A stretch of 64,000 nucleotides of DNA, taken from the IMG/VR virus record IMGVR_UViG_3300030098_004510, one strand, 5' to 3'. This DNA is from an uncultured virus (IMG/VR IMGVR_UViG_3300030098_004510) (lineage: Duplodnaviria > Heunggongvirae > Uroviricota > Caudoviricetes). Numbering within the stretch: position 1 is the first letter of the stretch; every line of letters starts with the position of its first letter. Below, piece by piece: positions 9,831 to 19,270 of this stretch. The position numbers were made by a program, and so were the translations under genes. Under the pieces are notes generated by a model. It saw only the letters and a program-made list of their open reading frames with translations. It was not told where the DNA came from and searched no databases.

Positions 9831-10879
9831 TATGCATCCTCCAATGTTTTAACTCTTGCTTCAAGTTCTTGAATAGTTTTAACAAGAAGTGGAACTAATT
9901 TAGCTTGGTCAATACCTTGATATTTAGGAATAGTATTCCCATCATTATCTAATTTATTTGTACCATCTTCATTTTTTTCTATTCCATCTTTTTCGCCAAT
10001 AATTGCTTCTGGAACTATTGAAGAAACCTCATGTGCTAAAAATCCATCTACTAAAGTATTTGTTTCATCTACTATAAAATTAAATCTTGCAGGTTTTAAT
10101 TGTTTAAGTCTTGTTGTTGCATCAAAATCATAATTTACATTTTCTTTTAATCTGTAATCAGAAGAAGTTGCATATGTTGTTGTACTATTTGTGCCTGTAA
10201 TTTGACCACAAGTAGAGCCATTTCTATTAAAATTAAGTATATCTCTATTATTATTATCGGCATTTGTTCTAGCAAGAATTAATGGTAAATCTGTATCTGT
10301 TGCAATTATAGAAGCACTACCATCTGTTAAAATAATTCCATTATCTCCTGCTTGAGTTAAATTAGAATAAGCTGTTTCAGTAGTACCTATTGAAACTGCA
10401 CCATCGCCAGTAACTCTCAATCCTTCACCTGTATTAGCACCAAGCATTAAAGCATTAGTACTATGATTATAAGCTACATAACCTATATCATTATCACCAC
10501 TATCTCCAAAATAAATTGAGCCAGAAGAAGATGTACCAGATAAAAGTGTCATACCAGAAGCACCACTTCCCTCAATTACTAATTCATCTGCCGCACTATC
10601 TACACTTGCACTACTATCAGCAGTTTTAATATGAATTCCAACTCCTAAATCAACATTGGCCGCATCAGATCCTGCACCAACAATATTTCCTGATGTTATT
10701 TGTAAAGCTGTTCCACTTGTTGAAGCGGAACTTATTCCTGCTGCACCAAAACCTGTTGCCGTTCCATTGTTTGTAATGGTTACGCCCGACGGTATGGTAT
10801 ACGTATCACCTGAATCTCCAATTGTAGCCGACGTACCTGACGCTGGTGACCACTTATCTGCTTTTATTTCACTGCTCAT
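9830..10879 (-). CDS. RBP/tail fibre, class A anchor, C-terminal intramolecular chaperone (peptidase S74-type)
   Basis: TSSDYRLKEN autocleavage motif, GFLAHEV, LVPLLVKTIQEL coiled coil. Confidence 0.8.
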   Translation of the reverse strand: MSSEIKADKWSPASGTSATIGDSGDTYTIPSGVTITNNGTATGFGAAGISSASTSGTALQITSGNIVGAGSDAANVDLGVGIHIKTADSSASVDSAADELVIEGSGASGMTLLSGTSSSGSIYFGDSGDNDIGYVAYNHSTNALMLGANTGEGLRVTGDGAVSIGTTETAYSNLTQAGDNGIILTDGSASIIATDTDLPLILARTNADNNNRDILNFNRNGSTCGQITGTNSTTTYATSSDYRLKENVNYDFDATTRLKQLKPARFNFIVDETNTLVDGFLAHEVSSIVPEAIIGEKDGIEKNEDGTNKLDNDGNTIPKYQGIDQAKLVPLLVKTIQELEARVKTLEDA

Positions 10880-11437
10880 TTATGCTCCTATTAATTTATG
10901 TCCACCAAACCATGTATATTTTTGGTTAGCTGCGGCTCCTACTATTTTTCTGTCACCTGAACTATTATTTATTTTTGCATAAATTTCCATATAATCTGTT
11001 GTGTTAAAATCTACTGTTGCTGTCCATGATATTACACCTTGTGGAATAGCAGTTATCCAATATGTAACCATGTGTTGTGATCCATTTTTATATAACTTTA
11101 CAATATTTTCATTACTATCTGCTGTGCTTGTACCTAAAAATTGTACCGATCCATATAATAAATATTTACCTGATACTGCTGGAGTAAATCTTCCATTACT
11201 TGTGTCAAATGTTGAATCACTATCAAATACCTCTGTATCAAAAGTTATTTTTGTGTCTGTGTCATTAGAAATATTTGAAGTTGTTGCTGATAAAAAAGCT
11301 TCAAAAGCTGGAGTATTAGCAGGAAAATTAGTTAACGTTGCAGTTGATGGCAACGTAATCGTGTCCCCTGACTCACCAATCGTAATTGACGATCCAGACT
11401 GCTTGATGATTTCGTTTACTTTAATTTGTGATACCAT
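10880..11437 (-). CDS. RBP, class A anchor, C1q-like head
   Basis: IGESGDTI anchor; PAFEA..FDTEVFD..FTPAVSGKY. Confidence 0.65.
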   Translation of the reverse strand: MVSQIKVNEIIKQSGSSITIGESGDTITLPSTATLTNFPANTPAFEAFLSATTSNISNDTDTKITFDTEVFDSDSTFDTSNGRFTPAVSGKYLLYGSVQFLGTSTADSNENIVKLYKNGSQHMVTYWITAIPQGVISWTATVDFNTTDYMEIYAKINNSSGDRKIVGAAANQKYTWFGGHKLIGA

Positions 11438-11836
11438 TTATTTTTGTTCCCATTTTTGTTCTGCTTCATTCCATTCAGCTTTTTTCAATGGATCACCTTC
11501 TGCTGTTCTTGAAACTGGAGCTTCCCAATGACATTGATCTTCAATCAATGTCCAACTTGGATATGGTTTAGGGGGAATAAATGCGTCTCTTGTTTCATCA
11601 TATGTATAACCAACAGCTGCAAAGTTTTTTCTAAAAGGTGTTCCACCTAAATTATGTTTTCCTTTAAACGTATTAAAAGATGTTTGCAACCATGTTCCAC
11701 CATTCATTAAAGCTCTACAAAAATTTGCTCCTACGGATTCCATTTCTACACCGTTTTCATCTTGAGTGTCTTCATCATATACTTTTATCACTCTTACTAC
11801 TCTTTTTAAAGCATCTATCTCTGCAAAATAAGCCAT
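11438..11836 (-). CDS. Putative partner/chaperone of Gly-rich adhesin
   Basis: MAYFAEID..WLQTSFN..YDETRDAFIPPKPYPSW, follows Gly-rich protein. Confidence 0.6.
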   Translation of the reverse strand: MAYFAEIDALKRVVRVIKVYDEDTQDENGVEMESVGANFCRALMNGGTWLQTSFNTFKGKHNLGGTPFRKNFAAVGYTYDETRDAFIPPKPYPSWTLIEDQCHWEAPVSRTAEGDPLKKAEWNEAEQKWEQK

Positions 11837-11844
11837 ACTACTCC

Positions 11845-13218
11845 TTAATTCTGATACTTGTATTTAACTATTACTATACCTGATCCACCATTACCAGCTT
11901 GTTGTGAACACGCACCCCAATAGTTTCCAGCGCCACCGCCTCCACCACCAGAGTTTACACCACCACTACCAGATTGTCCATTGTCATCACCTCGACCAGC
12001 TCCGCCAGCATTAATAGCACTTCCACCACCAGAACCGCCAGAACCACCAGCACAACTTGTGTAGTAAGAAGTTCCACCTCCACCACCACCAGTTCCACCA
12101 GCGCCACCAGTACCATTCATCCAAGCAGCACCTCCGCCGCCTCCAGACCAATAGTAATTGTTTCCATCTATATTAATTTGTTTACCAGCTCCACCAGCAC
12201 CACCTGTTGAACCACTTGATACTGTACCACCAGCTCCATTACCACCGCCACCGCCACCAGATAAATCACTTGTACCTGTACCACCAGCATTACCATATGC
12301 AGTTGTACCAGCTGCGGCTACATTACCAGAACTTGCACCTGCCGAACCAGAACCACCATGTGCGCCACCGCCAGATCCTCCAGCAGATCCATTGTTAGTA
12401 GTTTCATCACCACCTCGACCACCACCAGCTCCTTTACATTCTAAACCTGAACCAGCACCTTGTGCAAAATAACTATCTACACCATTATTACCACCAGCTC
12501 CAGTTGTACCAGCTCCGCCAGCTCCAACAGTTATAGTATAATTAGTAGCAGTAAGAGTAGCAGTTATAGTTCCATTAACTATACCTCCGCCGCCTCCGCC
12601 GCCACCAACGTCACCTCCACCAGAACCTCCACCTCCGACTACAAGTACTTCTACTTCGTCTGAGCCTCCTGAGTTTCCTGGGTCACTAACATTAAATGTG
12701 CTGCTAGCTAAGAAAGTGTGAATTTTATAATCACCAGAAGTTGTTATTGTTCCTCCTGTTGCGGTTACGTATGCAGGTGCTTGTAAACTAGATACATTAG
12801 ATTGTTCTGTATAAAGCCACCCTTTAGTAGAATCTACATAAACAAGTAAAGCACTTGCTCTAGCTGATTTTAATTCTGAATTAGATGCTGATCCTTGAAT
12901 TTTTTCTGAACCATTGGAATCAATTGTTAAATTATACGTATTAAAACTTGCAGCATAATCTTTAATACCTATAGTATCTCCTGCTGATCCAGCAGGTAAA
13001 CTTACTGTAAAAGCTCCTCCAGATGTATTACAAAAATATCCTTTTCCTGCTTCAGCCGTAAATCCTGAAGTTTTAATATCTCCTGTTTGCCAAGCTACAG
13101 TTCCAACTCCTGTTAATTTAGCTCCACTTGCAAGATTAAAAGAATCACCTGAATCTCCAAGCGTAATAGAAGTACCCCCAGAAACAGGTGTAATTTTATT
13201 TACTTCAATAGTGCTCAT
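11845..13218 (-). CDS. RBP, class A anchor, glycine-rich (polyglycine-II-like) domain
   Basis: LGDSGDSF anchor; many GGGGG runs; ends GGSGIVIVKY. Confidence 0.75.
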   Translation of the reverse strand: MSTIEVNKITPVSGGTSITLGDSGDSFNLASGAKLTGVGTVAWQTGDIKTSGFTAEAGKGYFCNTSGGAFTVSLPAGSAGDTIGIKDYAASFNTYNLTIDSNGSEKIQGSASNSELKSARASALLVYVDSTKGWLYTEQSNVSSLQAPAYVTATGGTITTSGDYKIHTFLASSTFNVSDPGNSGGSDEVEVLVVGGGGSGGGDVGGGGGGGGIVNGTITATLTATNYTITVGAGGAGTTGAGGNNGVDSYFAQGAGSGLECKGAGGGRGGDETTNNGSAGGSGGGAHGGSGSAGASSGNVAAAGTTAYGNAGGTGTSDLSGGGGGGNGAGGTVSSGSTGGAGGAGKQINIDGNNYYWSGGGGGAAWMNGTGGAGGTGGGGGGTSYYTSCAGGSGGSGGGSAINAGGAGRGDDNGQSGSGGVNSGGGGGGAGNYWGACSQQAGNGGSGIVIVKYKYQN

Positions 13219-13688
13219 ACTATTACAAACGTTGCTCCTGTTGGTACGGTTAAAGTTTTACCAGACTGTACCGTGAATGGCCCAGCTACAAGTGCATTAT
13301 CACTTGCTGCTAGCGTTAAATTCTGTGTTAAGGTTTGTACATTTCTATACACACCGTTGATTGTTGTTAATTTATCGTATGATATACTAGAATCTGCTGG
13401 AGTACCAGCGTCAAATGAGTTACCAAGTAAAATTCCAAAGAATGTATCTGAAGCTGCCGGAGGTGCTGTAAAGGCAATACTAGATCTAGTTGATCCAAAA
13501 GTAAATGCACTATTAGGCTCCTGAATTACTCCTGATATAGAAATAATACATTGATTTAATGATGCCATCTCCACTGAACTGCCCCCTACCTGAAGGCTAA
13601 AATCAGTAGCGGATCCGTTAAATCCTGAGCTGATATCATCGAGCTTCTGGAACGCGCCAAATGCTAATCCTGGTCCAATATATGCCAT
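13215..13688 (-). CDS. Tail fibre adaptor (MAYIG type), copy 2
   Basis: Paralog of 17507-17950. Confidence 0.65.
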   Translation of the reverse strand: MAYIGPGLAFGAFQKLDDISSGFNGSATDFSLQVGGSSVEMASLNQCIISISGVIQEPNSAFTFGSTRSSIAFTAPPAASDTFFGILLGNSFDAGTPADSSISYDKLTTINGVYRNVQTLTQNLTLAASDNALVAGPFTVQSGKTLTVPTGATFVIV

Positions 13689-14026
13689 TATGGTTTACTC
13701 CATACTGTGTTTGTTAAATTACCATCTGCATCTGTTGCAAGTAATGCGTCGTATTCAGCTTCCGTCGAGTTATCTTGAGGTAAATCGCGAAGTTGTTGAC
13801 GCCATGTTTTTACAGCATCACTCATTACAACATCAGAATTAGCTAAGTAATCTGTTTCAGCAAGTTTTTGATTTCTTTCTTTTTTAATCATTTCAAGTTT
13901 TCTATTAGCAGAATCATCTGTCCATGCTTTTTCTTCTGCGTCCCTTGCTGTTTCTTCTTCAGATGTAAAAGCTATTTTTTTGTTAGTTTCTTCACCTACA
14001 ACTGTTATTTGATTATACCTTACCAT
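13688..14026 (-). CDS. Phage tail fibre assembly chaperone (start revised to MVRYNQ)
   Basis: ERNQKLAETDYL..WRQQLRDLPQ motif. Confidence 0.7.
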   Translation of the reverse strand: MVRYNQITVVGEETNKKIAFTSEEETARDAEEKAWTDDSANRKLEMIKKERNQKLAETDYLANSDVVMSDAVKTWRQQLRDLPQDNSTEAEYDALLATDADGNLTNTVWSKP

Positions 14027-14034
14027 ACTATTTC

Positions 14035-14727
14035 CTATGTTTGTTTGCACCCATAAACAATAAATTTACCTTTTGCGATATTACCAGTAGAATATGAAAA
14101 TATAAGACCTGTTGCATCTATCGCTGCAGTATTATTCCAACCCATATGAGCTGAAACCCATCTATTATTAGTGGCAACTTTCCATGCTGTTGTGCCTGTA
14201 GTAAAAGGATGTGCTAATTCTTGTGTTAGAGGATCTCCAACTAGAAAATTAAAAAGAACTGCTTTATCTGTTCCATCACCACAATCACTAGCTACTCTTG
14301 CATGACCAGCTGAATAATTCCAGTTTAGATATTGTGCTGAACTTGGTCCAGAACTTTGAATATATTGACCTTCTGTAATCCAAGAATAATCTGAAGTTGA
14401 ATAGGTACTTCCACTTGCCCCACCTGTTCTCCATTGTACATAACAATGAGCACCTGAAGAAGAAGGAGTTAAGAATCCTATAACTTTATACATATCATAA
14501 GTTGTAGTAAAACAATTATCTATTGTTAAAGATGATACAGCAGAAGTAGTTGATGCTTCCCCTAGTTTAACTAAACCACCTTCATTATCAGCTGCACTAG
14601 CAATTGTAGTTGTACCTGTAAATTTTAAAAACTGGTCTGTTGTGCCAGATGTTAATCCAGTGCCCCCTTGTGTTACAGGAGTAGTTCCTGTTATTCCTTT
14701 TGTTACGTCTATCGTTGCAAATGCCAT
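14035..14727 (-). CDS. RBP/tail fibre module, class B anchor
   Basis: ITGTTPVTQGGTG anchor followed by beta-sandwich head. Confidence 0.65.
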   Translation of the reverse strand: MAFATIDVTKGITGTTPVTQGGTGLTSGTTDQFLKFTGTTTIASAADNEGGLVKLGEASTTSAVSSLTIDNCFTTTYDMYKVIGFLTPSSSGAHCYVQWRTGGASGSTYSTSDYSWITEGQYIQSSGPSSAQYLNWNYSAGHARVASDCGDGTDKAVLFNFLVGDPLTQELAHPFTTGTTAWKVATNNRWVSAHMGWNNTAAIDATGLIFSYSTGNIAKGKFIVYGCKQT

Positions 14728-14728
14728 G

Positions 14729-15034
14729 TTATCCTTTTGGGTTGTCCGATTTTATCTTAGCAATTGCGTCTTGCCAAGTGGTTGTTGAATTAACTTTATC
14801 CCAGTATTGCATGTCTAATTGATCTTTAATACTTGGGTAAGCTACTGCTCTGTCTCTTTGATATTTATTATTATCATATGTTGTTTGTAATTCTTTTTGT
14901 TTATCTGTTATTTGTTTATTAGTTATATTAGTTGGGTTTCCATCATGCCAAGTAATTTTATTAATATCATCGTTATCTACTGTTACTTGTGCATCTGATT
15001 TTAAAGCTTTTATAGCGTGAATTATATCAGTCAT
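14729..15034 (-). CDS. Putative fibre chaperone (start revised to MTDIIHA)
   Basis: YQRDRAVAYPSIKDQLDMQYWD..IKSDNPK; ATGA overlap. Confidence 0.65.
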   Translation of the reverse strand: MTDIIHAIKALKSDAQVTVDNDDINKITWHDGNPTNITNKQITDKQKELQTTYDNNKYQRDRAVAYPSIKDQLDMQYWDKVNSTTTWQDAIAKIKSDNPKG

Positions 15035-15624
15035 GCTAAAACCTCCGAAACTGTAATTGTTGAACAAGCATTAACACCAGAGCCAAGACCACCTTCATCA
15101 ACAGACCTATTAAGATATAATGTGCCAGAGTTTGTTTTCCATTGTAACTTATACGTTGTACTACTACTGGCTGACGGAGAGTCCAAAAATGTTGTAGTTA
15201 AATTAAACATACGATATTGATTTTGACCATCACTTGCTTGTCTAAAAGGCATTGTGTAATCTGCTGATGTATCAGCAACACCAATAACTGTGCTACCTCG
15301 TAAAAGATTAATAGGTTGATTGGCAGATGAACCTCCACATACCCAAGTTTGCACTTCAACTAAAATTTTTGAGCTAGTTGCTGATGGAGTTATAGAAACT
15401 GACATGCCAGTTATATCTACAAAACTAGATGAAGTTGTTGAAGTAGTATCAGTTTTAGCAGTTTGCAAAACTTGCGCTACTTTACCAAAAGCTGTTGGTA
15501 CTGTTGTGCCTTGATTAGAAAGCGTAGCTCCTGAAGGAATACTAATAGTATCACCTGATTGGCCCACGGTAATGGTACCTGTCCCGGTTCTCTTGAGTAT
15601 TGTGTCAACTTTAAGTGTGCTCAT
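15031..15624 (-). CDS. RBP, class A anchor
   Basis: VGQSGDTI anchor; ITPSATSSKIL..DSPSA head. Confidence 0.65.
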   Translation of the reverse strand: MSTLKVDTILKRTGTGTITVGQSGDTISIPSGATLSNQGTTVPTAFGKVAQVLQTAKTDTTSTTSSSFVDITGMSVSITPSATSSKILVEVQTWVCGGSSANQPINLLRGSTVIGVADTSADYTMPFRQASDGQNQYRMFNLTTTFLDSPSASSSTTYKLQWKTNSGTLYLNRSVDEGGLGSGVNACSTITVSEVLA

Positions 15625-16253
15625 TAAGAAACTCCTGCTAATCTATAAGCACCAAAACCTGTATTGTATGTATCTGATGTGTTTAAATTTGATCCGTGAT
15701 TATGATATAAAACTGCGTTTATATAATCTGAACTACCATTTAAATAAGTTATACCTTGTGAATTTCCATAAATAACATCTGTTCCATTTTGTCTAACTTG
15801 AAATTGAGAAAATTTATTTCCATCACTACTTCCATTTTTATACAAACCTATTCTATAAATATTACCACTATTTAAAGATACTAAACCAACATACATAAAA
15901 GCAAAATAATATCCTGCTGTTTGAGGTGTAAATTTATAAGTGCTTGTATCAAAAGCGCTATTAGTATCATATCCTTTAATTCCTCCAGTTGTTCCACTAT
16001 CATTATTAAATGCTAATACTGTATTTGTATCATTAGCTATTGATTGCCCTGCACTCATGTAAGACATAAAAGATGGAGCACTGTCGTCACCAAAACCCGT
16101 AGCGGTCCCTGCGTTAGCGATCGTTACCCCAGACGGCACGTTTATCGTGTCACCTGAAACCCCTAACGTGATGGTAGTCGTGTTCGTGCTACCAATTTGC
16201 ATGGTAGACGTACCAGACCTAGTATCAATAGTATCTACTTGAATCTTACTCAA
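15624..16253 (-). CDS. RBP, class A anchor, C1q-like head
   Basis: LGVSGDTI anchor; FDTSTYKFTPQTAGYY. Confidence 0.65.
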   Translation of the reverse strand: MSKIQVDTIDTRSGTSTMQIGSTNTTTITLGVSGDTINVPSGVTIANAGTATGFGDDSAPSFMSYMSAGQSIANDTNTVLAFNNDSGTTGGIKGYDTNSAFDTSTYKFTPQTAGYYFAFMYVGLVSLNSGNIYRIGLYKNGSSDGNKFSQFQVRQNGTDVIYGNSQGITYLNGSSDYINAVLYHNHGSNLNTSDTYNTGFGAYRLAGVS

Positions 16254-16264
16254 TTATTACTCCT

Positions 16265-16600
16265 TTAAGACTTAGGGTTAGCATCTTTGATCGCTTTGAT
16301 TCGCACTTTCCATGCGTCGATATCTTTATATATCTCATCAAGTTGATCGCCAATATCACCATAAGCTGCTTTTCTTGTAGCTCTTACAGTATTGTTTGAC
16401 TCTTCAGTATCGCCAGCCGTATCATGTGCTGCTAGTTGTGCATCAGTTGGCTTATCTAAACCATCGACGGTCCAGCTCGCTATATACGGGCCTTTACCGT
16501 CCGAATCATCCTGTAAAGCCACATTTCCTCCTGGACCAAAATCAGCAGTTTTGCTGTTCGCTTCACAGTAAAGCTTAACTTTAGTTGATAGACTTGCCAT
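16265..16600 (-). CDS. Putative fibre chaperone
   Basis: LQDDSDGKGPYI..RKAAYGDIGDQLDEIY..IKDANPK, similar C-terminus to 14729-15034. Confidence 0.65.
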   Translation of the reverse strand: MASLSTKVKLYCEANSKTADFGPGGNVALQDDSDGKGPYIASWTVDGLDKPTDAQLAAHDTAGDTEESNNTVRATRKAAYGDIGDQLDEIYKDIDAWKVRIKAIKDANPKS

Positions 16601-16627
16601 ATAGACCTCCTTTAATTTTTAATATCA

Positions 16628-16921
16628 TTATACGTTCCCCTTCAAGAATGTTTCCCAAGAAGATTTAACTTCATCTGTCCATTTTAAATTTATAATATCT
16701 TTTATTTCTTGTGGCTCATTAGAAGTATCTGTCCAAACTGTTGTTACTTCATTTGTATCTGTATTTTTATCTAAGACACAAGGACATAAAACTCGTCTAT
16801 GTCTCACAGTATTGGTAACTACACCATCTTCTTTATAAATAATATCTTCGGCAATTTGTATGATATTATAATCACCTACTATTTCTGTTCTTGCTATTTT
16901 TGTTTCTTTAGTTATTGCCAT
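16628..16921 (-). CDS. Putative fibre chaperone (start revised to MAITKET)
   Basis: Follows DYEEGTWTP fibre gene; ATG 1 nt after its stop. Confidence 0.6.
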   Translation of the reverse strand: MAITKETKIARTEIVGDYNIIQIAEDIIYKEDGVVTNTVRHRRVLCPCVLDKNTDTNEVTTVWTDTSNEPQEIKDIINLKWTDEVKSSWETFLKGNV

Positions 16922-16922
16922 G

Positions 16923-17507
16923 TTATGCCTTATAAATAATTGTAAATCTAATTTCTTTGTTTGCCCCAAAATCATTATAATTAACTGAGCTTCCTGAAGC
17001 GTCAGTAAATTCAACATAATTTGTATTGTTAACTGTTTGTGCTCTCATTGCTTGTGATGAATTTGTATAATTTATAAGCAAACCTCCATGTCCATTTATA
17101 GCAGGACTATTTGATATGGTAAATGGTAAACCTGCAATAGCCATAACAGAACTATCACTTGAACCATCTGTTCCTATTCTACCACCAGCTACTACTAATT
17201 CACCAATTTTTGTATACTCTCCACTAGCTACTTGATCAGTGCCACCATAATTACTAAAAGTAGGTGTCCATGTTCCTTCTTCATAATCATTTAATAAATT
17301 TGATGCTGTTGCAGAATTAACTCCTAAATAAATTCCTGAGCTTGCACTTGCAGGTAATAAATTATTTGAACTTGAAGACCAACCTGATATACCAAATCCT
17401 GTTCCTGCTGTAACGCCAGAACCTAGACTTACTGTATCACCTGAACTACCAAGTTCTAATGACGTTCCTGATTGTGGATCTAATTTGTCGACGAATAAAG
17501 TTCCCAT
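16923..17507 (-). CDS. RBP, class A anchor
   Basis: LGSSGDTV anchor; LNDYEEGTWTP..YTKIG fibre-tip motif. Confidence 0.7.
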   Translation of the reverse strand: MGTLFVDKLDPQSGTSLELGSSGDTVSLGSGVTAGTGFGISGWSSSSNNLLPASASSGIYLGVNSATASNLLNDYEEGTWTPTFSNYGGTDQVASGEYTKIGELVVAGGRIGTDGSSDSSVMAIAGLPFTISNSPAINGHGGLLINYTNSSQAMRAQTVNNTNYVEFTDASGSSVNYNDFGANKEIRFTIIYKA

Positions 17508-17950
17508 TATATTACCGTTAATGTTCCTGCTACTGTCACTGTTCCAGTGTAATTAACTGGTCCAGCCACAAAAGCATTTTGTGTTGCTGTTATTGTTACG
17601 TTTGAAGTAATTGTTGCTAAGTTTAAATACATACCGTTAAAGCTTGGGTTAATTGCAGTATGGTCAACGCTACCAGTAGCTGGTGTTTGGTAACCTACAG
17701 CTGCTCCAATAAATACTACATATGCTGCATCAGATCCTGCTAATGTACTAGATCCAGTAGATAATGTTGTACCACTTGCAGTGTAATCTACATCTGGTTT
17801 TTGAACAACGTTATTAACTACGAATCTTACAGAAGAAGAATCAGAAACTGATTGGTTTAAAGAAAAGCTTTGAGCAGAACCATCACCAGTGATAGTCTGA
17901 GTTGCCATTGATTTAAATTCACTTGAACTACCTGGACCTATATACGCCAT
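17507..17950 (-). CDS. Tail fibre adaptor (MAYIG type), copy 1
   Basis: MAYIGPG start; C-terminal NAFVAGPV beta strands; paralog of 13215-13688. Confidence 0.65.
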   Translation of the reverse strand: MAYIGPGSSSEFKSMATQTITGDGSAQSFSLNQSVSDSSSVRFVVNNVVQKPDVDYTASGTTLSTGSSTLAGSDAAYVVFIGAAVGYQTPATGSVDHTAINPSFNGMYLNLATITSNVTITATQNAFVAGPVNYTGTVTVAGTLTVI

Positions 17951-17957
17951 GACTCTC

Positions 17958-18314
17958 CTACGTGCTTATACTATCTATATACGATACCCAAACATTCAAA
18001 CTATTCGCTGTATCCGATTTTGCCTTCAAAACGTCAGTGCTTTGAAGCACAACTTTTGAACCGCCATCAATCAATTCTATACTAGATCCTTGAGGAATGC
18101 TTACATTTTTTACAATGTAAGAATCAGCTGATCCACCACTAGCTGTGCTAGTAATATAGACATCTGCTTGAATTGTTTGTGTTACTATGTTTGCTAATCT
18201 TATGCCTATTATAGCGTCGTCTGAGTTAGAAGTTATTATAGTACGTGCAGTTGTACCAATAGCTACGTCTCCCGAACCATCCGCTGCAACAGCTCTTTCA
18301 AAATCCTGTGCCAT
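17958..18314 (-). CDS. Structural protein
   Basis: Beta-rich, IRLANI..IPQGSSIELIDGGSKVVLQSTD. Confidence 0.65.
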   Translation of the reverse strand: MAQDFERAVAADGSGDVAIGTTARTIITSNSDDAIIGIRLANIVTQTIQADVYITSTASGGSADSYIVKNVSIPQGSSIELIDGGSKVVLQSTDVLKAKSDTANSLNVWVSYIDSIST

Positions 18315-18326
18315 ACCTTACCTATA

Positions 18327-18821
18327 TCATAGCGCCACAGACATTGCAATTACAAAGCCGGCACTTACGCTGCTTGATGTTGCCCATTCTGGTGCTGTTG
18401 CTCCTGCGTTCATCTGTAGAACTTGGAGTGCTGAACCTTTCGCTAACCTTGCTGGTGTATTATTTGCGGAGGCATACAAAATATCTCCTGCAGTAGTTAG
18501 TGTCATGTCCATTGTTTTACTTGCTGGAAACGTACAAAATACATCTTTTGTCCCTGCGCTAAAATCAACAGCACTATCGCTGTTAGAGCTAGAGATTACA
18601 GATCTACCTGTTAAAGTGTCCGGTGCTGCGTCTGTGATAGTTCCTAGTCCTACTTCCCACTCATTTGCACTTTGGTGTGCAATAGCGTAGTAGGTAGTAT
18701 TTGAATTACCTATTCCAGCTACAAAACCTTCAAACCCTGAAACAGCGCCTGCTAAATTTATAGTGCCTGTGCCAGTGCTTGTCGTCGTTTCCTTTACGCG
18801 ATCGTTTAATACTAACGCCAT
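18327..18821 (-). CDS. Tail fibre proximal protein
   Basis: MALVLNDRVKETTTSTGTG..WEVGLG..FSAGTKDVFCTFPA. Confidence 0.7.
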   Translation of the reverse strand: MALVLNDRVKETTTSTGTGTINLAGAVSGFEGFVAGIGNSNTTYYAIAHQSANEWEVGLGTITDAAPDTLTGRSVISSSNSDSAVDFSAGTKDVFCTFPASKTMDMTLTTAGDILYASANNTPARLAKGSALQVLQMNAGATAPEWATSSSVSAGFVIAMSVAL

Positions 18822-18828
18822 GTTATTC

Positions 18829-19269
18829 CTATGCTAATCTTAATATAGCATTAGATGCGTCAGCTGTTGGGAATTGAATTGTAAAAGTACCACTTGTACA
18901 AGTTTTGTCCCCACCGAAATTCAACACACATACAGATTTATTACTCTCTGAACTGTTATAGATCAAAGCGCCATAAGCTGTAATAGTTGCTGAAGTCCAA
19001 GACGTATCTGCGAAATCACATACCGCAGTTGTTCCATCTGCTACTGGTGTAACACTTGTTAAAGTATTCCCACCTGCTGAATAACCAGAACCGGATACTT
19101 CGTTAGTTGCTGTACCATCGCCATAAGTAGCTGTTGCTGCAGCTAAAGATGAAGAGTTAGTGTACAAAGCAATTTTAAAAGTATCACCACTGGAAGCAGT
19201 GAAATTGTGCGTTCCTTGTAACACCTGAGTTTTAAAACTTGTTGTTACAGTTGATGATGATATTGCCAT
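18829..19269 (-). CDS. Structural protein
   Basis: SFKTQVLQGTHNF..FKIALYT..GYSAGG..GALIYN. Confidence 0.7.
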   Translation of the reverse strand: MAISSSTVTTSFKTQVLQGTHNFTASSGDTFKIALYTNSSSLAAATATYGDGTATNEVSGSGYSAGGNTLTSVTPVADGTTAVCDFADTSWTSATITAYGALIYNSSESNKSVCVLNFGGDKTCTSGTFTIQFPTADASNAILRLA

Positions 19270-19270
19270 T

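Noticed and set aside
9064..17950. DGR or invertase-driven tail fibre switching
   Set aside because: No reverse transcriptase or recombinase; all cassettes co-oriented with their own starts; no TR/VR pair seen
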